The translations under genes were made by a program, and so were the position numbers. From NCBI GenBank assembly GCA_051362555.1, contig CM120643.1, forward strand, positions 25,300,848-25,364,847: DNA of 64,000 bases, given 5' to 3'. Shown piece by piece: positions 1 to 13,414 of this stretch. Every line of letters starts with the position of its first letter. Position 1 is the stretch's first letter. Under the pieces are notes generated by a model. The model worked only from the letters and a program-made list of their open reading frames with translations. It searched no databases and had not been told where the DNA came from. This stretch comes from Lingula anatina. Lineage: Eukaryota; Animalia; Brachiopoda.

Positions 1-12
1 AGTATAATTAGC

Positions 13-129
13 CTAATTGTCTGGCACACCCCTTTGTATAGCAAAATGAACAACATCATGGACCATATAAAGTTTTTTTGAATTTACCCACGTACTTGAA
101 GTTACAAGGGGGTGTACCAGACATTTAAG
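13..129. repeat. Short imperfect inverted repeat (MITE remnant)
   Basis: TGTCTGGCACACCCCTTTGTA vs TACAAGGGGGTGTACCAGACA. Confidence 0.45.
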
Positions 130-1179
130 CCACTTAAACTGAACGCAATTTAGCGAGAATCCCCCAGGAGTTGGATAGATCCATCTAGTATGATATGGGA
201 ATGGAATGGTCTACTTTGTATTTAAAACCAATATATATGATTACTTTGTTTTTACCAGTAATTAAAAAAAGCACTTGCACAAATTTACATTTTAGGGAAA
301 TTAAATATATTTTAATGAAACAATAGAGACTCAATAGAAGAAGTGTTAACTTCAAGTTAAAAAAAATTTAAATCTCAGTTTTGAGTGATATTAAATAGCC
401 AGTGGTGTGTTTGTGTATGTGTGCGTGCATGCATGTGTGTGTGTGTGTGTGTTATCTGTGCATGGTAGGGCATATGCTCTTTTAATAGGGCGCATTTATT
501 CCCTGGGGATCACTTGAATGGGGCACCACCATGTTAATATTGGAATGTTGTGAAAACATGCAGTTTCAGGTGCTTCAGTGGCACAGGCACTATTTTCTAT
601 AGTAATGAAGACAACTGAGTAATGATAACTTTGAAGGCTTGAATTAGTTTTAAAGGCAGTTAATGCTAGTCCTAATATGTACGTATTTCAACATACAGCG
701 GAGTAGTGTAGCTGCCAGGCACAATTTGAATGCAAATTAGGATTGCAAACAGGAATTTCTTGTGTAAAGTAATATATGGCACAGCGTAAACCAGATTCTG
801 ATGTCATACTTTTAAAGGTTGGACTACAAATTGACTATAGTTTGGTATACGTAGGCTGTTACAGTACACAGAAAACTTACATGTATATATAAAACTTAGT
901 TAGCAGAGTCCTTGCAACATTAACAGGGTCATATGTATCATAAAACTGATGACACCAGATTATAAAACTTTTATTTTAAGAAAATGATTTTATTTCCGTC
1001 CTCCAATATCATGTGATCATGTAGTTGGATGATATGAAAAGATTCTCATCTCGATCAGTCTTATCAAATTCAAATACAGTTCTCTTAATAAGATAATATA
1101 GGTCTTAACTGTCAGCAGATCTTATTTGTATTTTGACAATTGCATGATCATCTTTGTCATTTCTCTCTGTTTCCTGTAG

Positions 1180-3355
1180 ATCAAGATGATATACTTCTCG
1201 GTGAGGTAGAGATGCTGGTGGAGACTAGTTTAAAAGGGGAAGGTAGACATTTTGAATGTTGCATGTTGGGGTGTAGCTAGAGCTGTAACGAAAATGGGGG
1301 AGCAGAGGGTAGCCATTGAGGGGATGGTTTTATACTCTAAAACAAAAGTGCAAAGAAGTAACAGTTAACATGTATACCCATGGGCGCATTCTCAAAAAGG
1401 TTCTGATCTTTAAACAAATCACGGACAAATTAGCTTATTTCCTATAATGTGCTGTACTTTTGGCTTCATTGTCAGATGGGTTATGTCATCTTAATTGACA
1501 GTTGTTAATTTAATATTCACATCCATATACATATATTCAATAACTGCATGTATATGTATTTATATTATTGAGAGCATACAAAGTACAAAAAGAAGTGTGA
1601 TTCTTGGAATTTTTTTTGTACTGTGATAGCTGAAAAAGAATGAAGATTAAAAAAAAATAAATAAAAGAAAGAAAGAAAAAAGAAAAAAAACTCTTTTTAG
1701 AATGCAAAATGTCTGAAACCTCAGGGTAATGTTAAGTGTTACAGTGATCAGAGCGACCCCAGGTTCTTAAATTGAGTATTAGTACAACTCCTCCCTCCCT
1801 TCCCCTTCCTGTCACCTCTGCCCCACTTCTGTCTGTTATTGTTTATATTTTTTTTCGAAGGCATACAATGTGTGTAAGACTTTAATCTAGCAAAAAAAAA
1901 AAAAAAAAAGGAAATTACAGCAACTTATTCTTGGACCAGAAGGTTTCAAAGCAAATAATGTGGTTTCATAAAAGATAGTTGTTTGCAGCCGTTAAAGGAA
2001 AGGTGTTGCAATTGAGATTTAAAAAAATATTATTTTGCTACATAAATTTCTAACCTGAATTGTGTGCCTTTTTGTCACAGTTGGAATAGTTTAATTGTCA
2101 TTTGTTTTGTTCAGTTCTGTTCATAGCTTTTGTTTGCAGAATACCAAGCCTGCATGAATAATGCCTTAATTCCTGCATGTCAAATTGCATGCATGAAGAT
2201 AACTAATTGGATGGCTTGTTCATCCTTTATTTTTGCACCCTAAGAAGAAGATTTAAAGGACTTTTTAGCAATTTCATTTTTGAGCTTCAAGTATTCTTAC
2301 TAGGGATGCTGATAGATTAGACCATTTATACATTATGTTGTAGTATAAATGTCTATAGGTTCCCTAGAGTCAGGGCATGTGGTGCACAATCATATATTAA
2401 GTGCTCTCCTCTTGAAGCAAACTTAGTGTCCCAATTTTTATTCACTTTTCCTCGGGGTCGGTCAGTTATGTTGTGACGTAGTGTCTTGTGTCATGCATTG
2501 TGAATGTTTTCTCCTGTCCTTCACAAACATTTACTTTTACTTTTTTTGTTGTATAATTATGTCAGTTCCGTGTCCATGACTCATTGATCTTAAGTTTTTT
2601 GTTAGCAATAATTAAGTTGCTTTGTTTGTTGTCTTGGGTAGAGGTTACATTTATGTTATTTTTTTTCTAGATTTAGTAAGATGAAATTTAATTTTATTCT
2701 GTTAATTTGTTGCAGTTTTAGAAATTTAGTGATAATATAGATAATTGATAAAGGGATGAGAAGTTTAACACAACACATTTGATGTTTATATATTATGTTC
2801 TGTTCGCTTTTTCAATAATGATGTCATTGATAACTTCTTTGATGTAATCATATCACAGTCAATAATGATTAGAATATTCATGTGATGTCATCACCTATAT
2901 ACAGTTTATACTATTTAAAAAAAATATTTCACTTTTAAAAGATTTACATCCAAGTTAAATATCACAATCACCATACACAGTGGTATTGGATATTGATTTT
3001 TATGTACAGACAATGTGGAGTCTGGACATACTTGTGTAACCTGTGTCTCCTAATATCTATGATGTCAGTGTGAGCAGAACGGACCATTAACTGTCACATA
3101 AATAATTACTATATATTGAAATATCAGAGTTGCCAATTAATAAAAAAACATATTAGAGTTATTTGTATGTGTAACTTACACAGCTTACATTGCAAAATTA
3201 GGAATGAGTATCTCAACCTTTTTTAAACCATGATTAAGGCATATTTCTAGGTTTTCAATCAGATTCTCTGTTTTATTACTTGTAAGTCTTGCAAAGATCC
3301 CAAATTTAGGCCTATTGCAAAAATGGACCTGGAATTGTGTAATTTGAAATTCTAT

Positions 3356-3386
<31 letters not shown>

Positions 3387-6300
3387 TAACATTTTGTTGT
3401 GTTGTATATTTATGTAGCATACATTTTTTCTCTACAAAACTATATCTCAATGTATAGACTGATATGAATAGAACTGATACCAAATAGTCTTGATATAGTT
3501 TACAGTCTGTACATTGGACAGCTTTTGCTGGCTTGTTGAAGTTGCCTAATATGCATGTCCACACCTAATGGTATAACCTTTGCTGTCAAAAGGAATGCCC
3601 ACTTTTTGTTACATTGTCAATTATTGTGCCTGTATGCCTTAACCTTCATTTAAAATATGATATATTGCTTTGCATGAATTAAATGTTCTTTGTTCCATAA
3701 GGCTGCAAATTATTAACAATTTGAATTTTTTTCTCAGTTATACTAATACTTTTCAAGTGACATTCCATTTCTATGCAAGTGTAACAACTTGTCTGTGAAC
3801 TGTGTTATTTAAATTAGATGATTATAAATAAAAGTTTAATGGTGTATATATGATGAATTAAATATTTTTATTTAAATTTGTCAGAATTTAATGTTACTGC
3901 ATGGGTAAAAAAATGAAGCAATTTTATGCTATGCATGATACCTTTTTGATTAATTTTTTTGTAAATTCTGTATTATTGGGCAAAGACAAAAAACTTAAAG
4001 ATCGCAGCTCCAAAGCTTAACTAAAAAAAACAAAAACATTTTCATGTAGGTGGTGATTATCCCACATTCAGAAAAATCAAACCCAAGAGGCAACCTTAAC
4101 TTGTATATACAGCAATTTACACCTCTCCTAATAAGATCCATATACGTTCTTTCCAGATAGCCAGACAACTTTGACGTCAAATGATGAGTGGGGAGACATC
4201 AAAAGTGACGACCTACTCAAGTGCGACAGTCTTGACCAGCAGAAGTACATCAGTGGCGAGGTCTCCATGATCTCCGTCCAGCCTGCAGTGAGTGTCGGAA
4301 TGGCCCCCTGGACACCTCTGACTATTATTACTACCCAGGAGGGCCAAGTGACCCAGGCAGCTCAGAGTGATACTCCACATGACACAGGTCTGTTGATTTT
4401 TGTAAAGTCTATTTTGTTAACAGTTTCATTAGCTATATGTTCAAATGACCAACAGTTTTTTTTTGTCAGTAGCTATAGTAAAACTCCCTGATGAAGTCTG
4501 ACTGTCAGTGGATGAAATATTGGCAGAAAAATGTCAAGACCTGTTGATAATTACAAAAACAAATTTGATGGAATTTATAGGTCTTAATGCGGCATATATA
4601 TAAAAATTTCATTAGGAAAAATGATGGAAGGCAAAACAGTGCAGCAGATTATCGGTGTGGGGGCACAGCAATGCAAGTAATATTATAATTTAATTTTTAA
4701 ATTTTTGTATGGGAGAGTAATGACACAGGGAAGTTAAGATGCTGGGGAATAACAATATGGTGATGTAGAGAGATCAGACCCTATAATTAGGCATGGTCCA
4801 TTGATATATAAAAGAAAATGAAATAATTGCGAAATGGGTGAAGGAAAAAGAAGTGAAAAGAAAACTGAGGATGATGATTAAACTAAATGTAGCTGATTTA
4901 ATCATAGTAACATTCAATATTGTACATGTTACTGGAACTGGTGGTGATGGATGAACAATGATACCTATATGATGCAGAGACCCTTAATTTATATTAAAAA
5001 AAGAAAATTAGGGAAGTTAAGATGCTGGGGAATAACAATATGGTGATGTAGAGAGATCAGACCCTATAATTAGGCATGGTCCATTGATATATAAAAGAAA
5101 ATGAAATAATTGCGAAATGGGTGCAGGAAAAAGAAGTGAAAAGAAAACTGAGGATGATGATTAAACTAAATGTAGCTGATTTAATCATAGTAACATTCAA
5201 TATTGTACATGTTACTAGAACTGGTGGTGATGGATGAACAATTAATGATACCTATATGATGCAGAGACCCTTAATTTATATTAAAAAAAAGAAAATGAAA
5301 TAATTACGTAATGGTACAGGAAAAAGAAGCAAAAAGAAATCTGAGAATGATGATTAAACTAAATCTAGCTGATTTAATCATGGTATAATTCAATATTCTG
5401 TTGCTAGAAGCAGTGGTGATGGATGATCAGAGCTACCCATCTGATGCAGAGACTGGAGCTCCTCTCTTGATGCCACCTCAACAGGCCGCACAGCAAACTA
5501 CCATCCCACAGCCTCAAGGTAAATAACCTGGGGTAATGCTAATTCACTCGCCAATTTAGCCAAATCCTAAAAGTGACATACCTTGGCTAAACAAATTGGA
5601 CTTGATTTGACTAATTTTAGTCAAATTGGATAACAAATTGACAAAAAAGTGGTGATTTGGCTCAGCGAAAAAATTGCTAGCGCTACCCCAGAATAACATT
5701 GATTTTACTTTTCCTTTCATCATGTTTTTTTGTCTTTTGTAAATCATTTTAACCACCCTTTTTACCAAAAAAATTACACTGAGCTCCAGTTCTCTAAAGG
5801 TAAGGGCTGATAAAGCCCTAAGATATTACCCCAATTTTTTTCCATTTTCCAAATATGACAAAATTGCTTTAAAATTCTTTAGGGGAAGGGGGATTGAAGC
5901 TTACAAATAAAAACTACCAGATTGAAAAGATAAAAAGTTTACCACAATTGCAGTAAAACCTGTGGCATATGGAATTGGCTTGAGTCAAAAAGAGAATATC
6001 TAGAATACCTTCAGTGTATACATCAATCAGCTCATCTTTTTAGAAGTTTCTTAATGTTTCAAAATGCAAATTTATTACCAGTCCAATGAACCAAACTGGA
6101 TAATTGTAATATAGTGCTGTTTCAGTCTAATTGGCTGCCCAATGATAGGGAATTAAAGATAAGGAATTAAACTAGCTAGGATATTAAATTTTGAAATTTG
6201 AATCAAGTGGAATAGGAACTGACTAGATGAAAATGAGTCACGAGTGCTCCACATGACTGTTCATTACATAACAGGAATCTGGACACTTATTCCAAACAGG

Positions 6301-9300
6301 TGACTTAACAGGTAATTTCTGTTAGCTATGAAAGTTTTCTAGGCAGTGACTCATATGTTTTATCTGGCTGAGATAAAGACCCTGTGACTACACTGTCACA
6401 GTCATAAGGCTAAGTTATTGTAACTGGGATCCTAATTAAGTGTGAGAAAAAATGCATTTCCATATGGAAAATTGGAGGATCTTGATTCTTCTTCACAATT
6501 TTTTTATTTAAGCAGACTTTTATTGCTGGTGGTGGTGTGGGGGAGGGGGGGGGGTAAAGGGTTTCAAAGGACCACCCTTTTGGCTGGAAAAGGTCTATAG
6601 TCTGTATCAAAATTTGATTTAGATTCTATTCCATTAATATTCAAAGTGGGTCAACTATAAGGGTAAAAAGGTCCATTTCTTAAAAAACAATCACCTTTGA
6701 ATTGCTGGCTACAGGCCTGGTCTCAAACAAGACCCTCACTGTTTCACACACCCCCTCCCCCCATTTCCCCTCTGCTTGCCATCTACATGTGACCACAGTA
6801 TTTATTTAAGCCTTACTGTTAGAGAAGATAAGGTGATCATGGATTGAAATTTGTCCGGCTAGTACGTGTCATTATATGATATGATATATCCGTTTTCCTT
6901 TGACAAGGCCCACACATTTTTTTTTTTTTTGGTCTTGTGACTTTAAAAATGTAAAATGTGATTTAGCTTTTGTATTTTTAAAGGAAAGAGATTTAAAACA
7001 AATTGAATATTTAATTTACTCAAATTTATTTCTCTGTAATTGTTTATAAATTATATTTATAGATTTTAATTAAAATAACAGCTTATTGTGAAAATGTATT
7101 GCACACTATTGTACTGAATAAACATTTTTATACTTATAATCAAATTTTACTGAAATGAAGGAAAAAATAGTAAGTTAAACATTATTGTTTAATTAAGGCA
7201 TTTTATAAAGATGTCATAATTGTATGTGTCTTGGTTGTTGATTCACAGTTTTGATTTGAAAAATCAATACTGATTAAATACAGTCAGCATCGCTTTTATA
7301 TTTATTTGAGCTATTCAGATTGCTGCCTTTTTTTCGACCAACAGTAATATTCTTTACCTTGAAACAGGCCATGAGATGTTGATGAAGTTATTCTACAAGA
7401 GACAGCAAGTTGCCCAGTACGAGATAAACAACCCCAACGGCAGTCGCCTGTATTATAATTCATCCAATCCTGGCACTGAGCAAAACATGGCAGAGGTTGC
7501 TCAGAGCTTTGCCATGGAAATGGGGGAGCAAGTTGATCAGGTACCAAGTTAATTGCAATTTTTTTGGAGAAATGATACTTTGCTTCAAAAGAGTCTTAAA
7601 GGTGTTCTTATACATGTATATGAGCCATGACATTTTATCAAATTTAAACCCTTTATGAAAAACCCATTCACCCCAATTTCATTACAATGATAACACTTGC
7701 ATGATATTCATGTAAGCCATTAAAATGATTTATCATAATCATAGAGGAGGGTTTAAAATGTAGTATACTGCGCAAAAAAATGAAAATCACTTGATTAATT
7801 TTTAATCTTGTGTACTTAAACTGTTATTCGTGCATCTCAGGTTTTGTTTGTTTCAGTTTTCAAGATTCATCATTTTAATTTATCACCAATTCATTTTTTC
7901 TCAAATCCTTTCATGAAACCGGCTCTCCTTTAACTTCAAAAATCCTTCCTTTTGTGAATATCCAATCAAACTTCACTCAGGAAAATATTTTGTTTGAATT
8001 GCTACTGTTACAGTTATTGCCATAAGTGCGATTGTTAGTGTTAAAAAATTGGATACAATTGTTTTTTTTTTCTTGCAGCTGTTTGGTCCCAGAGCAGTGA
8101 GCCAATATCTCATGCCACCACCAGGTTCGTGTATAGACCATCAACAAGAATTAACCAACAAAATTTTAGAGTGCATGGAACGAGGCCTTTTGCTGAAGTG
8201 TGTTAATGGAGATATTTACGCTGCTAGATATTGTAGGTGGGTGACACTTCCGTACATGGAATTTTGGTATAAAGATGCATTCAACAAAGTACTTGACAAC
8301 CAATATTCTTTAAACTTAAATTTTTAAAGAATTTTTTTTTCTTTGCTTGGCTAGAGTGAATTGCAAGCATTCTTTGTCTGTTCCAGTCCATATAATCATT
8401 GAGAAAAAGTGCACCTGTACGTTTTTGCTTTGTGTTTAATTTCACATTTTGAGAATGCGGTAACTTTGTAATTTGAGAAAAGTGAGTGTGCGTGTGTGTA
8501 TAACATATGGACAGCAGTGAGGGCTATCTAAAAAGATAACAGCAGATGACACTTACGTCTTGCATGCCATCCCTGAATTTTTTGAAGGATGAACATTCCT
8601 TATTCTAAGTAGATACCTGCGTATTCTTTCACAGTGACATTTGAATTGTTAATAATTTTATGTGCATTTGTTTAAAGTTTATTTTAAGATCTGTCAAGTA
8701 TGATATACTAATTAAATATTTAATCTTTCATCCAGTTATGAAAAAAATCTAATGCAGAGGCAGATCCAGGATTATTTGAATAGGGGGAGGGTCCACGGAT
8801 GTAAATCTGACCCCCTCCCCCAACACACACACACTTGGCATGGGGTTCGGGGCCCGAAATATTTTCGTATTTTAAAGGGCGAACAGTGCCATTTGATATG
8901 GTTTAGAACTATGATTCAGCTAGACAAAATTCTAATTTCAAGAGGGGACCAGAAATCGAAGGGGAGGTCAGGACCCACCTGACCCCTGACCCCCTCTAAA
9001 TCTGCCACTGTAATGATACATATATACTGTTTTTCGGTAAATAAAGATGAATGTTTTGCATTGACAGAAATGATGGTCAGTAATCAAGAGAATTCTTTTC
9101 AGGTGTGTCGTCTTCTGCGCCTCTCCACACAAGGAAGATGAGATCTTCAAACTGGAGCGAGACAACTCGGACTTTAAACTCTTTGATTTTAACAATTATT
9201 TTGTACCTGCTGTTCAAAAGTACCTTCAAGGCCAAGGTCCTCGACCCAACATCGAAGTTCGCCTTGGATTTGGTCAAGCATGGTATAATCAAAATTGGTC

Positions 9301-9693
9301 TGAGCGTGAAATTTTCATTTCTGGATCAGTTGTCAGTGCCAAAGCTTTGTTTGTTCTTCAGCAGGTAAGTATGATTGCTGAATTTCTTAATATTTTTTCA
9401 TGGGAATCATCATTACCATAATTTACTGAACAAAATAAATATTGCACTTTAAAAATGTGTTTGTTAATGAAAACATTTTGAAACATACTTTCTATCTCAT
9501 ATTCATGGTGAGAACTGTCATCATGGCTCTTTTGTAAGTGATATTTCTTTCATTCATACAGCTCGACCAGCAATACGGTCCACACATACAAATCTCTTTG
9601 TCTGATGATAATGACAGAATAGTGGAGACCATCAAACAGCTCTGCAGCCTGAAGACCCCCACCAGGTCCACAGCAATGGAGGTATCTGCCTAG
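1180..9693 (+). CDS. Interferon regulatory factor (IRF family with IAD domain), 3' part; DNA-binding domain presumably lies upstream of the window
   Basis: Phase-consistent GT-AG exons 1180-1242 (least certain), 4157-4387, 5408-5518, 7368-7540, 8079-8236, 9103-9364 and 9562-9693 (TAG). The translation HEMLMKLFYKRQQVAQYEINNPNGSRLYY...LTNKILECMERGLLLKCVNGDIYAARYCRCVVF...KLERD...LFDF...VRLGFGQAW matches IRF-association (IAD1) domain motifs. The tail PHIQISLSDDNDRIVETIKQL resembles the IRF5/6 C-terminus. Confidence 0.88.
4727..5455 (+). repeat. 283-bp tandem duplication containing degenerate copies of an IRF exon start
   Basis: AGGGAAGTTAAGATGCTGGGG at 4727 and 5010. GTGGTGATGGATGA...TGATGCAGAGAC occurs three times; the last is the real exon at 5408. 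Confidence 0.85.
5528..5691. mobile_element. MITE just downstream of an IRF splice donor
   Basis: TIR CTGGGGTAATGCTA / TAGCGCTACCCCAG with AATAAC on both flanks. Confidence 0.6.
8755..9010. mobile_element. CAG(G/T)GGC-terminal MITE with 5-bp TSD
   Basis: CAGAGGCAGATCCAG ... CTAAATCTGCCACTG flanked by TAATG on both sides. Confidence 0.65.
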
Positions 9694-10691
9694 GACTAGT
9701 ATTACGGAAGTCATTACCAAGTCATGGGAATGCAAATTGCGCAAATATCTGTGTTGTGTGCGCTTTCAGAAAATGCTGTGTGACGTGCATGAGCCTGATG
9801 CAATGTTGACTAGACCACTGACTACGTTATTTTAGAAAATAATTTAGAAAGTGGTAGGAAGTTGAGGCTTCTTTGTAATTCTTATTACAATGCATTTATT
9901 CTGTGGTGGCATTACCGTTCAGTGATAAACTGTGTCATATTTTTGTTTTCACATATATATGGATTGGAAATCAAAATGATCAAGTCCTTTCGTACAAACC
10001 TGAAGATTTGATGAGGAATTTAAGCAGGGAAAATTAAGTCAACTGAAATACTTAGTCTGGTGTTCTGTAGCCTAAAATTTCTAGAAGTCATTGAACTTTG
10101 ATATTGGCAGATATCTTGACTGATGATATAAGGTTTTGAGACATATATTTGGTCCAAGCTTTCATTTTGTCTTCCTTTTTCATTTGAAAAAAAAAAGATT
10201 GTTTCTCCTTTAAATCAGATAATTGATCCCACTGAACCATCGATTTTCAAATTTAGTTTTTGAAGATTCAAATGAAACAGTTTGTTTGGTATTTAATAAG
10301 TACATCAATTGAGTTTTTATTTTCTTGCATTGACACCTTAAATTTACAAAGTGCCAGATTGAGTGTTTATAATTATGCCGTTCATAATATTGCTTTTTTT
10401 TTTTGTCAAAATGATTAGTCTGTGTATTTTTTGTTTTGACACATTTATGAAATATTTATCCATAGTGCATTGTCAGCTTCAAACAATCTACATTGTTAAG
10501 AATGAAGTTTCTAAGTTTAAGATTTTATGTTGGATTTTTTGTTATATATGTAATGTTCAGTCATATGCAGTAATGTATATAGCCACTCATAATTTTAAAT
10601 AGTTTCTGTACATACTGAAGGTTTGGTAAATTAAGAAAATATAAACTCTTGTTTGCATGGTTAATCTTGCACACTTGTATTTTCTGGAAAC

Positions 10692-10735
10692 AATAAACAT
10701 ATTTAACAGATCACTTTATCATGATCCTCTTTATT
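10692..10735. terminator. Candidate convergent polyadenylation signals for IRF (+) and MTG2 (-)
   Basis: AATAAA on + at 10692-10697 and on - at 10730-10735, between the two stop codons. Confidence 0.45.
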
Positions 10736-11084
10736 TTGTCTTTGGTTCTACTGAAATAAAATTTCCAAACTCCAAAAATATGGTCATTTGCTTTCAGTGA
10801 CACCATTCCCCAAATTTCTGAGGTTACCAGTAAGTATCAGCAGGATAAACTGATAGAAGGGGGTAACCTCCAGTTAACTATAAAACTCTGGGGGGCACTA
10901 ATGTAAAATGTAGTTAAGATTTTTTATGAACTCGGGCAAAGCCTGTTCAGAACATTATGTGGCCTAAATACATAATGTCTCCTCACCCTCACTGTTCATG
11001 TGTCTATAAAACTCCAATAAAAATGTCAACTCCTCTAAAATATATGTTTTTCTTTTTCAACAAAGAGCTACTTCTAAAATGTCA

Positions 11085-13348
11085 TCAAGTTCTAATTTTG
11101 TCTATGTGTTCATCATATATCTTTCTGATATGGCATTTAAGTTCTTCAATATTTAATAAAAACTTGGCAGAAACTGGATAAACTGGCAACTGCACCTTCT
11201 CTCTTAACAAATCTAAATTTTTCCTGGCCTTAGGGAGATCTATTTTATTTCCTATGATGGCATGCGGTCTTTCTGACAGCCCAGTCTCAAACTGTTCAAG
11301 TTCATATTTCAAGTCCTTCAGCTGCTGCCACGGCTCCTCTTGGGAAAGGTCAAGGACATACAGCAAGCAGGAGCATCGCTGAATGTGGCGCAGAAAGGAA
11401 AAACCAAGTCCTCTGTTTTTGTGGGCATCTGTCACTAGGCCTGGGATGTCAGCAACTAGGAGAATTAAACAAAAAATGTAAAATGTAATAATTTATTGTA
11501 ATAAACAGAAATAAACTTGATGCATGGCTGCCAAAACTAAACTAAAACTTGAATAACAATTGAGTACAGTAAACTTAGAGATCCTAAAAAAAAAAGGGGA
11601 AGATATTCAATTTTAACTGGAATAAGTTGGAAACAGAAGAACTTTCAGTCTTCAAAAAATTCTAAATTGCATTATGAAAGTGTAAAAAATTACACATTGA
11701 TTTAAATTTTTGTACAATTTTTACATATCAATATCTATCAATTTGATCATTCACTTACTTATCTTGAGCTAATCAAAATCATCAGTTCTACCACAATGAT
11801 AGTGATAAGGGAAACAGTTAAAACTGGACTGAAAATGCATTAAACTGCCTCCACCCACCCACATCACACCAGTTAACACAACCCTCTTAATTAAGAGATT
11901 CTGCTCTTCTCCAAGTGTATACTTGGGCAGTCTTTTTATTCTAAAATCCCTTTCCCACATCTATAATGGACACAGAGAGATTAGGCAGAAATGGTACAGT
12001 TCAAACAAGACGCTTACAGTTAAATTTAGGAGTATAATTATTTCCTATTCAAAACAAAGCAACTTTTTTCATCCCCGTAACCCCCCCCCCTCGCCTATTA
12101 ATTTCATCATCCAAAGGAGACCTGCCCTCGACCCTTACCAGACACTTGTGCGTAATCGTCGTATTGCACCATGCCAATGTGAGGCTTCCTTGTGGTGAAT
12201 GCGTAAGAGGCAACTTTGGGTCGCGCTCTTGATAGAGCCCTCAGTAGGGTGGACTTGCCTGCATTGGGAAAACCTATCTAAAAGGATGATTTAATCTATA
12301 AAGATTATCAGTTATCCTGTTATTAAAAGTAATGGTATTTTAATGTCATTTCATCAGCATCATCAGTGTCTATGATATCTCATGTTGATAATCCATAGTA
12401 TAGTGAGGCAAAACAAAAAGAAGCAATTGAAAATGATCCCCTCTTCCAAATATCCAGTACAAGGAAAAGGGCAATGGCCAATCATCACTCCACCTATGCA
12501 TGTTTAGAAACAAGGCAGCAAAGCTGTCAAATGTACAGACAAAAAACAGAAAATAAAGATGTAAAAAAGGTCATTTTGTCAATTTTGATGCAATAATAAA
12601 TAATGCTTATAATAGCACTCTCAGTCAACACTGAATTTTAATCTTGCACAACAGGTAACATGGTCAATAACAGGAGCAGACCCAGAGATATTTTCTGACA
12701 GTATTACAAAGTATCTATGTTGATCCATCCTCCATTTTGATGGTCTTCCAACAGAAAAAATAGATACCAGTCAATATAAACTTAATAACCTGACTGCCTT
12801 CCGGAAGACCCAGAAGATGGTCTCAATCCACCTCTTCAATAAGATTACAGTTTCAGGACCATGAGAGTTCAAATTCACATTATGAAAGTCTCAATATTTG
12901 AAAAATGATGACAGTGCATAAAATAATATTACATAATGTTTAAAGACATAAAAAACAATACAACTGCTTTTGTAGAAATACAGAAAATATGCAGAGCCCC
13001 AGGCAGAAGAGAGTTAAAAGTCACAAATGCAAGTGTTTGAGAAAAAATTATAAAGGAAAACAACAAAACTAGAAAAGCACTTTGAGAGTGCAGACCTCTG
13101 CCAAGGCAGCAATTGTTGATTATTATTGATAATTGATTGATTATTGATCCGGACCACCACCAAAAATTAATCATTGTCCTCTTTGGCCCACTTCCGACAG
13201 TTCCTGAAAATTTCTGCAAAATCGGTCCATAACTTTTTGTGTTATGTGGATGACAGACAAACAGGGGTGAAAATATAACCCCCTTGGCAGAGCTTGAGGT
13301 AAATATAATTCCAATGAAGATGCTATTCAAACTTTTAATCTTCCAGTT

Positions 13349-13414
<66 letters not shown>

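Noticed and set aside
9105-9368. Listed 87-aa ORF
   Set aside because: Wrong frame; the IRF exon 9103-9364 uses another frame.
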